Counted from the first letter of the whole stretch, positions 34,240-48,582 are shown. The stretch: 57,974 nucleotides of DNA, filler included, from Perkinsus olseni (GCA_013115125.1; 2 parts of 2 records of this genome joined end to end with filler, not necessarily neighbours in it); one strand, 5' to 3'. A program made the numbers and translations. The notes: generated from the sequence alone by a model not told the origin.

Positions 34240-37200
34240 ATTGAGATGTGGGGACGGAGTGCACTTGGGGTGGCAGGAGCAGTGTGACGATGGCAACGAG
34301 GATGATGATGACGGGTAAGGGCCAGTTCTTCGCGCAGCTCTTCATGACTCATTATTGATAGATTTTCTGGCATTGGAGATTTCGGCGTTCTTGCTATTGT
34401 AATTTTAATTTTCACCATTTCTACCCTCATAGTGGGGGTGAGCGGGCACGTCTTGGTCCTAACACTATCGGACAATTAATGGACCCGAATAGATAGAACT
34501 CGTAGTGAGCGAGATAGAGCAGGTGAAGCGAGAAGTGTAGAGGATTGGAGACTCCAATTTGGAGTTAATGAACACACAGTTCAATTGGGTTGTGTAGACA
34601 GCACGATTCGTGTACAAAGCGTTTGCCCCTCGAACGTTGGTCACGGAAGATGGCTCGCCTCAGGTGCGATCGTGCATGCAACTTGGCTCCCCACAGAGCA
34701 TTCACCGACCCTCACAAGACGCTCTCTGTTGAGGGCCTCACCATCACCTGTAGTGGTTGGCATTGCTGGAGATTCGCGGTGTTGAGTGAGGGACCCCATA
34801 GGGTGGTGATAAAGCACCAACACTTGGAGATGACCAGCGAGGAGGCTGATATAGGGTAAGGTTGTCGTCATACAGTCGGTATGGGTGAATGCAAATGTGA
34901 GGTCACTCGTGTATGAATGAGGTTTTCATGCCACATTCAAGAATGAGGTCACTAAAACGTGTGCAAGAATGTACCGATACCGTTCCGATTGAATGCTAGA
35001 GCGGGATTGGACTCGACAGATTAAAAATTTGTAGCCCTTTCCGATGCTGTGGCGTTCGCAGAAGAGTTCTAGCTTTTCTTCGAGAAAAGGGTTTTCTAAG
35101 AATTTCCCTGCCACCTAACAGTGATGCACCTTGCATTCCGTGTGGATGAATACCCTCCTGACGAGTCCAGTCCCTTCATCCGCTCTGCTCACCTCAGGCT
35201 GGACGTCACAAACAGAGCCATCCTTCGACCCGTATCGCCAGGTCGGCCGTTGTGCACGTCGAACGAAGTTAATCTGGAATGGACGAGGAACTCCTCCGAG
35301 CTTCCCGGCGAGCTTTGCGCCCGAGGTTGGTGCAAGANNNNNNNNNNNNNNNNNNNNNNNNNNNNNNNNNNNNNNNNNNNNNNNNNNNNNNNNNNNNNNN
35401 NNNNNNNNNNNNNNNNNNNNNNNNNNNNNNNNTGCTGACGACGGCAACGTCCGATCGAAGGATGGCTGTAGCTCTACCTGCGAGGTCGAAGCTGGATGGA
35501 TATGTCGAGGTCGAGCTCGGGATAGACGGTAGGGAAAGATACGATGGCTATAGGAGTATCTTTGACCTCACTCAGAGACTACTGTAGTCGACTTATGATA
35601 CCTAATGTGGCCATCCTCTGCACAGGAGCTGCGTGCGATCGCCTCGCTGTTGATGATCCATGGACGGAGGCAGGCAGCAGCCCAAGGTACGCTTCTCAGC
35701 TCTTCGTTTTCTACGGTGCTGCTGTTTCGCCTTCCGTGATTTGATCTTCATCTCATAGTTGAATTCAATCAGTTTCGCGTGTTCAGTCTCGGTTTTCCGG
35801 AGAGCTCGAAATCTAATCACGAAAATGTGGCTGGACAGTTGGCGTGAAAACAGGTTCTTTCAGTAGTAGCGAGTGTGAGTAACAGTCTCCATACCATCTT
35901 TCCCCCAACTCGCGAATATTAAGATAATTATGTGTCTCATACTGTTGTTCTTCACTGCGCGAGAGAACCTCCAGTTCGGCCTCTTCAGTGCACCGTGATG
36001 CGCTGCAGCCACAACACTCGGGGCCTCTCCACAGTATCAGTTAATCTTCGTGCGGTCGCACCGTGCGACCTCCACTGGAGCTGCTCCAGCTACCGCTTCC
36101 TCAATCTCTTTCTCTTCTTCCTATCGTCCATGCGAGAACCTGAAGTCGCTCGTTACTGCATCGCTTCGCTTCAGCAGTGCTAGCGTGACGATAACGAAGT
36201 GGCCACTCGATCATACCGAGATGGATTCTGGGGAGCTCGTCGTCAGAGCAGGACCTGACGAGGGGGTCTGGATCGAGCCGGGGACGAAGCTGCTAGAGCC
36301 AAATCACGAAGTTGCACACCCTTCTGCCTTTGCTACGTATAATCCTGATCGCTCTCAGGTCCACGTAGATATTTCTAACATCGAGACCTTGAATTTTTTG
36401 CCCTACGCCATCAGCTGTCGCTGCCCGGGGATCGGCCGTCGCATCGGAATTGGGGAAGTCTGCTCCTATGAGTTGTGTCCCGACCAACAGCTCTCGAGAG
36501 GGCAGCTGGTTTGCGGCCACGGGGCTTCTTTGGACGGGGTCGTGCCGGGCTGCGTTGAGAAAACAGTAAGGATCGCACAATCTCGTAGTTGTAGAACACA
36601 ACATAAGTTGATTGGGCTCATAGTGAACGAGATAGAGCAGATAGAAAGTGGGGTAGTCGAGGGAATGGGTTGATGATGCGAAGCTAGGATGAACACAGCT
36701 TGATTGTGTTATGTAGACAGCGCAGAATCTTACCGCTCAATATCACATTCCGAACCAGCTGATATTCACAACACGCCATTGTGAGTAACGCAATAGTCGG
36801 AAAAAGGTAGAAAGCCGGAAAGTCGAAAAAACGTCGAGTTTCGCAATTGATGAATGCTTCAAGATGGTGGTAAGGCTTATCTAGGGCAGTGTCTGAGTAT
36901 TTTAGGGTGAGATACTCGAACGGTTTCTAGTCGTTCCTACTCTCCAGGAGCTCCTCACTGCAAAGCCCGTCCCCGCTGTGCTTTTGACTCTGGAGTGGAT
37001 CGCAGCCTCGGACAGGGCACTCAGTGTCGTAGCCGAGGCTCTCGACGGACGGCTCCAACAGCTGCTTCGCGCANNNNNNNNNNNNNNNNNNNNNNNNNNN
37101 NNNNNNNNNNNNNNNNNNNNNNNNNNNNNNNNNNNNNNNNNNNNNNNNNNNNNNNNNNNNNNNNNNNNNNACGGAACGGCGTTGATCTTTACACAGGGGA

Positions 37201-37484
37201 CGTTTCGCTCCACGAAAGCCTTGCTGTTTTCGGTGGCCATAGTGAACGCCAACCTCTCCTTCACGGCGTTCGACGATATGAGCTTCCTCACCGGTGACTT
37301 GGCCCGAGGCCTCGGCATTGAGGTGTTGGACCGTAGCCTCGGCCGCTCTCCTGGTCTTCTGTGGCAGGCTGATCAACTTGTACTGCGGACGGTGGTAGAG
37401 AAGACAGATACCCGATGGTGGTCGATGCCGGCAGCTGACAATCGACGAGGAGCCGGGCTCTATGCTGACGATGGCGACGAGTAG
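34240..37484 (+). CDS. Multi-exon protein with Myxococcus-type Cys-rich repeats (DUF4215-like), fragmented by gaps
   Basis: RCGDGVHLGWQEQCDDGNEDDDDG and ADDGNVRSKDGCSSTCEVEAGWIC. Linkage to the 36978-37484 exon is uncertain. Confidence 0.55.
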
Positions 37485-39138
37485 GTCGTCGAGTGGTACT
37501 AACGCTACCCAGATGATAGCCCGTCATTCTCTCTTTACCTGAAGACGTTATGCTGCTCTGAGGGAACAGCTTTTTTTCATTCTCCCTAGCGGGTAGTTGA
37601 AGTCAAACTGATTGAGATCGAAAATTCAGTTTCGTCCTAGACTCCCCACACGACACTTCCATGCACGGAGCATAAGTATCTGAACGCAGCCAAATCGTCG
37701 GGAATCTACTCGGTCCTGGACGCTGCTTCCTCAGGAAATCTGCCCTGGCGAGCGCCCAATTCGCTGTGGCCTTGAGCGGCTTTTTAGTGATACTGGCCTG
37801 TAGTGTGGCTGCTATCCGCCTGCGGCTATCGGAGGACCCGGCCGAGTCGGACGAAGATGATGAGGAGGGGGATGAGGATATTGCTGTTGTTGTTATTGAG
37901 GGACCCAATGAGGAGAATAAGACTGTTGATGGATCGGATGATGTACATCGGGACTATTGCGGCTTCTCCGTTATTGCTCATAGTCAACGCAAGGCGGGAA
38001 GGAGTGTAAAGCCCCTCTACCTAGTTCTACTTTGGAGGTTGGGGTACTAGCTTTGCACGCATGCACAAGGCGATCGACGCATGATAATCGAGTGACACCT
38101 GACGAAAGCGAGATTGTCGAATCGACTTCAAAGGATTGTTCACCGTTCATCCTCTCGAAGCTATAGTGAAGTTCGCCGAACTTCACTATAGCCGAACTTA
38201 GTTCGGTGAGGTCTCCCCGATGGTCGGCCAAGGAGTGGCCTAGGGTGATGTCCCGATACTAGAGAATTATCAATCATTCTGGACTGTACATCCGAGCTTG
38301 CCTTACACTCTCAGAAGGCCGAGGAACTAAATGGTGGTGTGCAGGTCCCAATGATCGTGATACAATCTAGTCCGACTTCGGAGCCCGCCCGGCCACCTCA
38401 GGAGTCGTCCGATGTGAAGCGCTTGGGTGCCGCTGTCCCTTCCGTCTGGGGGGCCTCCAGTCGTGCTTCCTCAGTGTCATCCAAGCTGGGAAGGTGGAGC
38501 AGGAGCAGTATGATCTTCCGGTTCTCGAGGAAGAAAGGAAATCGCCCCGCGCTTCAACTGGATCGGCGGCCCGACGATGACGCCGAACAGTAATTGGCAT
38601 GATGGCGCATGATTGCCAACGGTGTTTCAATACAACTACGTGAGCACTTCCGTTGAAACTCCAATCCAACCGATGAGACGACAGTTTTGATTTGGAACGA
38701 GACTCGTACAACTTGTACCACGTTACAAGCCACTAACGCTACATTACGAGCGTGACGTTAGTGCCAGGATCGATACATCTGCTCATTTTCCCAGCTCCAT
38801 TAACAGGCTGAGTTATAGAGTCCCTACGGTGAGGCTGAGCCAGAGTCCAGAATATGGACCTTCACAGCTGTCTTCTACTGCGATGGCCCGTGTAATATGA
38901 GAACGCGATGTAACGCTCATCGAGCCCTTGGAGTACTTGAGGATCAGTGTTATTGCACCAGCTGCCTTTTGACAGCCCATGACCGTCCATAACCACAGCA
39001 ATGCCGCCAGTGCCAAGGAGTGGGCAGACGCGTTTCGTAGGGAGACCGAGGAGCTGAGGATAGCGCAGCAAAGGATGGTTACAATCGAAGTGAATGTTGC
39101 AGTCAGTTTGGCGTCACTAGACGCTTTTTCAGGCTGAG

Positions 39139-39886
39139 ATGCAGGGGCCTGTGACGAGCGCCAGCCGCCGCTCTCTAGCGCGTGCTCGACTGACGCTAGA
39201 CAAAGCTAGAGAGAAGTTCGAGGATCGGAAATCGGAAGCGAAGGGATTCCGAACCAGAGTGAGAAGGGAGCTCTCATGAGAGTCATCCAGCCAGTGAGTA
39301 TGGTCAGGTTCGCTTGAAGGCACCACTGCCGTTCGAAGCTTCTTCCCCTCAAGTCCGTACCGTGCCGCGCGGTCAGGCCCCTCAGCGCGAAATGGAGGAC
39401 GATCAAAGCGATCATTCGACGATGGATGAGCTTCAAGCTCTGCGCTATGAACTTTTCCGTGAACTTGAACAGTGCGCTATGCGAGATAAAACAAGGCAGT
39501 GCTCGCAGTGCGGTCGTGAAGGTGAATCGAGAATTGGTCGCAGAGAGGAGACACCGGCTTGGAGACGATACCTAGATGAGGACTCGAGCAGCGAGGCTGC
39601 TAGAAGGAGCATCAGAGACGAGGAAGACGCTGAGGTCTCGGGCTGTGAGTCTTTAGAGCAGGACGATGCGAGCAGGACGAGGGACGCTGACGGCGGTGAT
39701 GTCCGTCCAGTGTCAGCGACGAGGCCGGACGAGCATGGCAGATCTCAGAGCGCAGTATTTCCTCAGAGTGTAGGGAGGGTGAGAGGCATACCGAGAGCAT
39801 CATCAGCCGGAGTGCGAATCAGACCCGGTGGAGAAGGTCAAGTCACAGAAAGACAAGAGGCGGTAAGATGGTTGATGCATGACTGA
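39139..39886 (+). CDS. Hypothetical charged/coiled-coil protein, possibly degenerate
   Basis: Glu/Arg-rich ORF 39314-39886 plus an upstream exon-like segment. Confidence 0.35.
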
Positions 39887-41076
39887 TAGCTGCAACAATG
39901 CCATTTCTTCGTGTTGCCTCGCTCAGTTTGCGCGAAGTACTGAGCTTAAGTAGAAATGCGGAACGAGATTAGAGCTATCAGCTAGAAATGATCCCTCAGG
40001 AATCCTAGCTCAAACTCATGTTCATTAGCGAATTCGTTTCAAGTTTTCCGACACAACCGGCACTGCCTTTGTTCATTTGCTTCAAGCAAATTGCTTGTAT
40101 GCTGCAGTCCAATCATCACTTCCGCTGCGTCCTCGCCGGCCGAAGACATGATGCAGATTTGCCGACTACGCCAGCTCGAAGCGAGGAAGAAGATCTCTCG
40201 CCAGTGATGATGGATGATGTCTTGCTTTAGCCACCGGGTCTGAGTTCAAAGTTCATATCCAGACCCAGAAGACTGTAAACTGCATGACAACCAGGAATTT
40301 GCACTCCAGGCTGGTACGCTTCTTATTGGGGCAGTGCTGACTACCCCTTGGGCTGCATTTCGTTGCCATGTGGCAATCACCCATTTCTTTTCAACAGAGA
40401 AGGCGAGGATTGAAATGCGCCATTTATTGCCAACACTTCTCCGAGGTGTCGAAGATTTTCTGGTGTTTTGTGTTCTAGTCGTAGTTTGGCACGCGAAGGC
40501 GATGAGCGGCAGCCTACTTGGATACCCTGAAAACCGAGCAACTGTATGCCCTTGGGGCCAATCCTCTGTGGTATGTGACGCTAGATACAGTTCGTTGCCT
40601 TCGCGTGCCAAACCTCGCCTCGAACACAAGTCACCACAGGATTGGGCTATTATCTGGACTCAGCGGCTCGATGAAGCAGATATACAGCAATATCCATATA
40701 CAACCGCCGACAGGGCACTATGCCGATATACATCAATGAATCGGACGCTGAACCTGCCCCTCAGAGAGAATAAAGAGGGGAAAATCGGTCTGTTAGGGTA
40801 CACTCGGAACAGTTACTGGTCTGAGCAGCACAGGTTGCTTGGAACCAACGATCAAACCGCGCACAAGAGTCCTGTAATAGGCTGACACTTGCGGCCAGCT
40901 GAGACCGACAGGGTTGTGTGCCAATAACGATAGAGGGGACGAGCAACGTGAGGTAACGACTCCGGCTCGAACTGTACCTCCAAGCACACGTGCTTTCCAA
41001 TTCTACATTAATATCGGCTACTTCTGCAAGCAACAACTGAGGCTACACAATTACTAGCATAGCAGGGAACATGCTC

Positions 41077-41746
41077 TCAGCCACTTTCGATTATCAGTGT
41101 GTGACGAAGCATACGCAACTTTTTCCCGCTGATGTACATGATTATGGAATCCATCCCCTCGCGGTCGCCGTCAGGGATGAATTTGATGGATTCGAAGTCA
41201 TGTTTCTTGGCTTCGAGAAGTGTCTTCAGCTTCTTGTTGAAGTATCTCACCATGTCCGAGCGCAGCTTGCTGCTGAAACACTGCCGACTGCTCACTGTAA
41301 GACAATTTCTGCGGGTAGGCTGAATTCTAATCGGAATCGATTTGTAATCACGGAGAGAGCCTTGATAGGGGAGATACAGGTCATCGGGCAAAATGTCTAG
41401 TGAGAAGGCGAAGGAGACATCTGGCTCGGCCCTGATTTCCGTATCATCTTCGTGCCAAAACTTCAGGTCAAGGTTGTCGAACGAGGGGTTAAAGATAACC
41501 TCGGCCTTCAACCTCATGCCATTGATTGTGTTGTTATAGGGCGTTGCATATGCCATATGTATTGCCGCGAACTCTTCTTCTAGTTTCCGCAACGACCTCT
41601 TGCCTCACCTCACGCTGGTCCATCTCTGCCAGCTGGCGTCGTTGATCCAGGCTGAAGAGGCGGTAATGAGGTTTATGAATTGGTCTGAGGCTGCACGTTG
41701 CAGTGTGCAGGATGCTACTGCAGATAGCAGCGACGAATGCAGGATG
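41077..41746 (-). pseudogene. Secreted hypothetical protein with an apparent frameshift
   Basis: Signal-peptide-like MHPAFVAAICSSILHTATC is in one frame; a 171-codon ORF (41592-41077) is in an overlapping frame. Confidence 0.45.
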
Positions 41747-42959
41747 CATAGTCAAACAAAGGAACGTAGAAGGTGCCACCTTGTAGAGGGAGGGCTCGTC
41801 CGAAATACTCAATCGGGCGTCTCCATCAGGGTCACGGGCGACGCTCCGCGGGCGTAACGCATCTCGCTCGCCCTATAAGAAGTTGATGTGATTCACATGC
41901 GTTTTATCGGGCGCTTTCAATCGGGTCACTAGCAGCTTTTCATTTTGAGTCGCTATATGGGGATATACGTTTACTTGAATTGTGAGTCCCCTCGCTGAAC
42001 AGTTTGGGTCGAGTTGAGTTGAGTTTCATCGAGCCTCTTCGTATCATATGGAACGGCTCAGCACTCTAGCTCGGCACGACGAACTCATGAACAAGTCGAC
42101 TTTCTGAGGGCCATCCCGGAATCCTGAGAGTGGCATGGGAGCTCACCCGAAACTACTGGTCTCTTAGAAGACCAGTCCGGGCGCAGCCACATGCTCAGAG
42201 AGTGGCGAGACTGGAGACTACAAGAGAACCCTCGTCGGTTGTCGTACTCACCAGGGGCGGTGGAAATACTATGACGATAGAACGCAATAGACTATACATG
42301 CCAGAAATAGGACATGAGGTCATCGTCGTGATGAGGTTGGCTTTAGATGAGGGTGCTGATTCGAGCGGACATGACTGGTGAAGTTAAAACTTGACTTCAG
42401 CCTTGAATGCTCCCGCTGTAATTCAGTCACGCGACTCTCGTCATTCTCGGCTGTGGCAGAGACTGATGCAGAAACTCGATTCTTGCTACATATAGCCAAC
42501 ACTAAATTCCAGCCAAAAGTCATCGAGTAATAGGTGAAGGGTAGTTCAGAACTACCAGTTCTCACAGGTGCTTGAGTTAGGCATATAGACTTCAACAGGA
42601 GAACGGAAAGCGAATAAGGCAGCTCCACGATTCATCTCAAATTGATATTCTCAATATTCTCGTGATATAAACAAGTATCATTTTCATCATTAGAGCTTCA
42701 CACGCAACATGGAAATGCTAGTTTACAAGATTTCAGCATCTCACATTTTCATGTCGACGTGTTGGCAACACCCCGGAAAGCTGCATTGCGCCATACGGAA
42801 AGATGCTTCACCGAATGAATACTCATATTCGATAATATCATGAGTGTATCAAATTTAGGAGAGTCGGCGGTGTGAATCAATCTCATGTCTGTTCCAAGAA
42901 CAATCTGCTCTTTCCCCAGGAGAGTACAGCTCGTGGAGGGCGGACCCGATGCCATACAC

Positions 42960-45900
42960 AGAATAAACGATAGACCAGATGAAGCGTCCTACCTCGCCGC
43001 CCAGAGAGGGCCGCATCCAACTGACCTCTCAAGTCGCTAACGCGGTTAACCAGTGAACTCTCGAGGCTGTACCTGAGCAGAGATGTTTAGCACGACCCTG
43101 GGAAGCCAGTGACCCACTGCTCATGTCGGAGTTTCCTTAGCTCTTCCTCTTTCCTTGCCAACCCTTCCCGCAGCTCGTCCACCAGTTCTTCGCTTCGGTC
43201 TCTCCCCGAAGCCGCGCGCACGAGTTGGTGACCTCGTGTGACTTCGGCCTTCAGCCGCCGGGCATCAGCGTCCCTTCGCTTCATCTCAGTCGTGTTAGCG
43301 ATTACGTCCCTTCTCAGCCCGTCTATTTGGGACTCCAAGGCCGAGAGCTGCTCCCGACTAGCATTTGCAGCTATCTCATTAGCGGTCGCCTTTTCGGATG
43401 AATCTTTGAAGTCGGCTGCCAGGCGAGCGCTGAAGGCAGCAGCGATTGAAACAGAGATCGTATTTACGAAGTGAGTTTTGACCGTGGCACCCGTACTTCT
43501 CCATTCTCGCCTTGTCGAGATCATCTCGGAGGTATCGTCTTTCGTCGCCCATTTCCGTGAGGAGCTGCTCGTATTTATCGATTTTCGACGTCAACAACGT
43601 TCTCTCGTGGGACCATTCGGATGCTGCTGCGCTCAGGGATGTCGTAAGACCTTAACACTCGGATCGCTACAACATGTTTGCCACTGCGGTGAACACCCCG
43701 ATCAGACTATTGCTCACTAAGAGAAGTGACTCGGGTGAGATCGGAGAAGAGATATCAGCGACCATACTGATGGCCCTGCCCGGATAAGGAACTAGGTGGT
43801 AGCTAAATTCCGCCTAGTTTCTTATCGGAAAAATTCCGTGGATTTTTAATGACTTGAATCTATTGATTTAAAAGAGCCGCTACTCAGCGGGACTCGGGTT
43901 TCCGATCAGCAGGTGTCTAGCACTACTCGCATAGCGAGGCATTGTCGCACAGGGTCTGTGCCACAGACTCCACTTCAGCGGGGCCCAATGAACTCACCGC
44001 TCAGCTCTCCTGCCTTTCTGGAGAGCTCTTCCTCCAGCTGTCGTATTTTTTCTCGGGCTTCGTCAAGTTGAGCAGGCAAATGACCCGCTCTACTCATAAC
44101 GCTCATTCGCTCCAACGCTGCCAGATGAGCCTGATAAGAATTAAGAAACTCCAAGATTTCAAGATTATGCAAGAACTGACCTCTTGCTTGGCCTGGTCCC
44201 TCTCCTTCTCGATTTCCCTACAAGCCTCTTCTGATTTACTCAAAGAACTCGAGAGGTGGCTAACTTCGGATTTTAGCCGCTCGATTTCCGCTCTGTAGGT
44301 GCCGCAGTCCCCCCGGAGAGAATCTATCTCATCCCGCGCTCTAAGAAAAAAAAGGCCGATACCGCTTCGCTCCGCTCGTCATCACCTGACAGCCTCATCC
44401 CGCATCTGCTGTGTCTCTACATGGTATCTTGCAGTTTCCTGCATATCGTTGACGGAAACATGTAGTTCATGACTTCTGAGCACCTGGTCCCGGGTTCGAA
44501 CCCCAGCAGCGGCACCTCATTTACCAAGGCCCTCTTCAATACAGCGGCTTCCATCTCCATGCGGTTCAAGTCTTCTTTGAGGCGTAGGTTCTCAGCCTCG
44601 ATCAAGGCGGCCTTAGCTCGCGCCCGATCTCCGTTCGACCGAGTTGATCTCGGAGAGTCGTCTCGCTAATCAACAGAGCTGGTTTATAGCGAGAAGGTGA
44701 TCTCTCCAGTTGCATATCAGGGCCCGAGGGATTCTGAGTTGAATCAGCGAGGCTGAATCGACTCAAAAACCGTCGTGAAGGACTAGCTGAAGAGGCCGCT
44801 GTGCCTCGAACCGACAGCATCTCTCTTATCCCGGACGACAGTTCAATTCTCACGAGTGCAACGAGCGCTCGATGAGGAGGGACGGACAAGGAAGACCTAC
44901 TGGCGATGCACAAGACTGATCTGCATATCCTCTAGAGGCGGCCGATCTGAGCCGGGAGAGGTCTTCCTCTAACGACTCGATTTGGGCCTTGAGTCTTCGA
45001 TTAATGGATTTGCCCTCTGCCAACTGCTGCTCGAAATCCTTCCGCTCAACAAGCTACGAAGGAAGATCGCTAACGGAGCTACTTCAAGGGGGCAGCTGTG
45101 ATTGTGTGGGCACACAATTCACATGCCCCCTGACGCTAGCAGCAACAGTTCACAAAGGCTTGAGTCATAGCTCTTATCAGTATCACAATAATTGAATCAT
45201 AACCGTCGTGTACTGATGATAAGATAGTGGGAACTCAGTGACAATCTTAAGTCTCTTCCATGCTTAGCAGAGTGAGGTGTGGCGTGTTCATTTTTGAGAG
45301 TTTCTAACTTAGTGATTCTTTCCTCTGCTGCCTCTGCGATGGAGAGCTCAGTCCTACCCCGTCATCCCGTTTGCTCGTGCTTTACGTTATTCAAGCCGGT
45401 GGCCCACCGGCGGTGGGTACGAAATCCAGATGCCTCTAGCTGTAGCTGTTTCGTACAGTACCGACCAGGCTATGGCTCTTATGGATACTAATCCCTGCAA
45501 TCGATAGATCGCGAATACAAAGCGCCAGATTACATCGTGCCAACTGGGTCTAGCGTCCAGTCAAGGGGGAGTAAGGGAGGCGAGGGGGATGAAGGCCAGC
45601 AGCCTTCCGGTCAATTCGTACTCCCGTCGATGCCCCATCAGAAGGAATAGAGCACTACGGGGTATTCCGATTCGATTTGCAAATCACTGAAGCCAGTATA
45701 TCTCAGCGCATACTTCGTGTTTGAGTCTGAGACTTGAGTATGGCATGCATACCGAATTGGAACACCCTGTACGACAGGCTCGGAAGATCTTGACACTGTG
45801 ATTTCTCCGAGTGTGGACGTGAGCGACGAAGTAAACGGCAAATAGGACACCCTCAGGAGAACTCATACACCCAGTCAGCCCACCAGCCTATCCAAGCTAA

Positions 45901-46138
45901 CCAAGGCGCTCTGCAGCTCGGCTTCATTTTTGTTGAGCTTGGCTCGAGTAGCCTTCAGTTCTCCAATCAAGAAGGATATCTTTTTCTCCTGCTTCTCCAT
46001 TATTTGCCGCAGTTGCATCGATTCTCCGACGGCCCCTCGGACCTCCTTGGCGTGTCGAGCTGTCTGTGAGAGCAACTCCGACGAGAGAGCGGCGGCAGAG
46101 GACGTGGTCGCCGACGATAATGATCTGAAAATTGACAT
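42960..46138 (-). CDS. Multi-exon long coiled-coil protein
   Basis: Successive heptad-rich exons (MSIFRSLSS...ELQSALVSLDRL; EAENLRLKEDLNRME; LDEAREKIRQLEEEL; LREGLARKEEELRKL). The 3' end is approximate. Confidence 0.65.
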
Positions 46139-47512
46139 ACTTGTTTCGCTACGCTCCGCTGAAACAACAGCGAGGTTCTAGCACGCGGTGAAAGGGAACG
46201 CACCGCCTCTCATCGTTGTGAGGCCAAGGACAGCAATGTCATCTATTAGATGACATCTAATAATACAAGAACGGAATTTGGCGCGTTTCTCGCTAGATTC
46301 TTGTCACCATGCGACAATAATTGGTCTTCAGGAGGACCTTTGCAGCTTGGGCGGCATAGCAAACGCTACAAGTTCGAGTCTCATTTCGCGATACTACACT
46401 GTACCAGCCACGCTGAACGAGGACTCGGGCCCACTCTTCTACAGTCACGAATCGTGCGTGAGATGTAGATTTTCTACGTCTCACTCACCATTTGTAAACG
46501 GTAGAAAAAGCTCACCTTCTCATTGAGGACGGGCCTGCCAAACTGCTCATGTCGGCGCTACTGTTCAGCGCGGGGCTTTTAGGCCTCCTGGATGCCAGTG
46601 GCGAGGAGGAGGTCGGAGAGGCAGATCCCCACGTTGGCGAGTGGCTATACGGCGATCTGGACTGGGCGACGGGGAGGAGGGGCTGCGGTCCTGTCATGCT
46701 CAAACTGCAGTAGAATCATCCAAGCAGTCATTAAAACCCTTTCCCTTGTTCAGTGTACTGACATTACCCTGGCGAAAGCAAGGAAGAAATAAGGCGGAAC
46801 AATACGAATGGGAAATCGTACTGATTATAAGACATATGATCTGAAACACTCATCTGATGATCATCACCCAGTAACGGTAACAGCCACTCGTCTCTCTTAT
46901 CGTCCCAGACGATAAGACTAAGAACTTCTCAGCAGGTAATCACAAAACTGTGCGGTTGCCACGAGAGAAAATGGGCCCAACCAGAGGCAGCAATCCTACG
47001 TCGGAGAATTACCAAGGGCACAATCACCACGTAGAGCTCACGAGCGCACAAAAGAAACTTGCGCGCATCAGAGATTACAAGAAAAGGCCATTGCTAATCA
47101 CTCGGCTCTACGCCTTGAACGCATCTCACCGACGTTTTAGGCTGGAAAGTTCACAGTGTGAACTTTGAAGGGTGAGCCCTAAAGCGTGGAATGAACGGTA
47201 CACATCATTTGCCTGGGAAGGATCCCTAGCAGGTTGTTTCAGGAGACAGCCATGTGATTGCGTGTGCGATATCGAACGTCACCGTTGGGTCGTGCGCTGC
47301 CCAGTTGGTGTTCGGCTCCCTGATGTAGAGTGCCATGTGGTGTCTCCGAGTCTACCTGCTCCTCCCTCCAGGAGGGGGTCGCCAGGCAGGAGTCCCTCCT
47401 CCCGGTCGTTCGATTCGCGACACCCCTCTAAAGGACGGTTGCCCGGGATCTATCTTCGCACGTATGCACAACTAGTAGAGAAGGCAGGGCGGTGGATCTC
47501 TGGTAATCAGCG

Positions 47513-47750
47513 TGCACTATAACTCAGTACAGTGTGGCTATTTGAGACGGGGCTCAAAGGAAGGTAACACCGCACTCGAGAGGAGTTCGGGAAAACTGAT
47601 CTAGTTGGTGGATTTATGGTGAACATATGTTCCATAGCATGACAAGCAACGCACGTGTTCACTGGGAAGAACGTACGTACTACGAGCAAAGGCGCACAAA
47701 GAGCAAGGCGGGTACGTAGCAGCGATGAAGGCAGTTGTCACTATAATGCA
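47513..47750. mobile_element. Solo-LTR-like element copy 2 (238 bp, internal 150-bp deletion), TSD AGCG
   Basis: TGCACTATA...TATAATGCA termini, AGCG on both flanks; collinear with both ends of 19478-19865. Confidence 0.88.
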
Positions 47751-47941
47751 AGCGATGTTATGCTGCTAAAGCAACCCTCATGATTCTGGTCCCTCATTTA
47801 TTCTACTCGGACAGAGTCCAGACTCAGTCCACCGGATGAATCGTTGCTCACAGGGCGCAAAGCGCGCAATTTCGCGCTCCGCAACTGTGCGATAGGTGAA
47901 ACCTATTAGGTGAGCTGAATGTCCCGCTTCTAGTATAAAAG

Positions 47942-47998
47942 GAGCCCCTCCTCTGGTGAGGATTCCTCACCACGTTGGTGACACCAACGGAGGGGCTC
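47942..47998. repeat. T-shaped triple inverted repeat
   Basis: Stem GAGCCCCTC/GAGGGGCTC encloses TGGTGAGG-ATT-CCTCACCA and CGTTGGTG-A-CACCAACG. Confidence 0.85.
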
Positions 47999-48582
47999 AA
48001 CTCTCGGACAACTTCTGGCGATGTTTTTTTGAGTGGACGAGCGTGCCATTCGTGTTATTTCCCTGTTATTCCTTTCCTGACTCCACCTCCTTGTGTGGGA
48101 TTGGGAGTGCACGGCGTGCACTGCACGCAGGCACAAGAAGCGATCGGCGCACAATGAGCAAATATCTACCTCCGTAGTACGGAGTCCGTACGGTGTTAGT
48201 GGGAGCTAGTCGCCTCAGGTAATCCCTTGTTGAGTCTTCCGTTTCGGATTGCAACACATTGGGTTCATGGCACCGAGTACAGGTTACATTCTATCCTGCC
48301 CATCATAACTCTCTCACCTGGGGACAAACCCTGTCTAACGGGACAAGGTCCCATCGCCCCAGTAGGAACGATGCTCATGCGTGCAAGCACTTAGCTCAAA
48401 CTATTGAGTTTGACCATCTAAAACCGTTCGATGATCATCCTCGTGATAGTGACCACAGCCTCGGTTTTCATAGAATAGGAAACCCTCGGCCTCCTTTGAA
48501 CAATTGGCAATGATATCCTCAGGTCGATCAGTGAGATTCGGGCCTGTATCTCGTTTCAGATCTCCAGTCGGATTTTTTGCTG

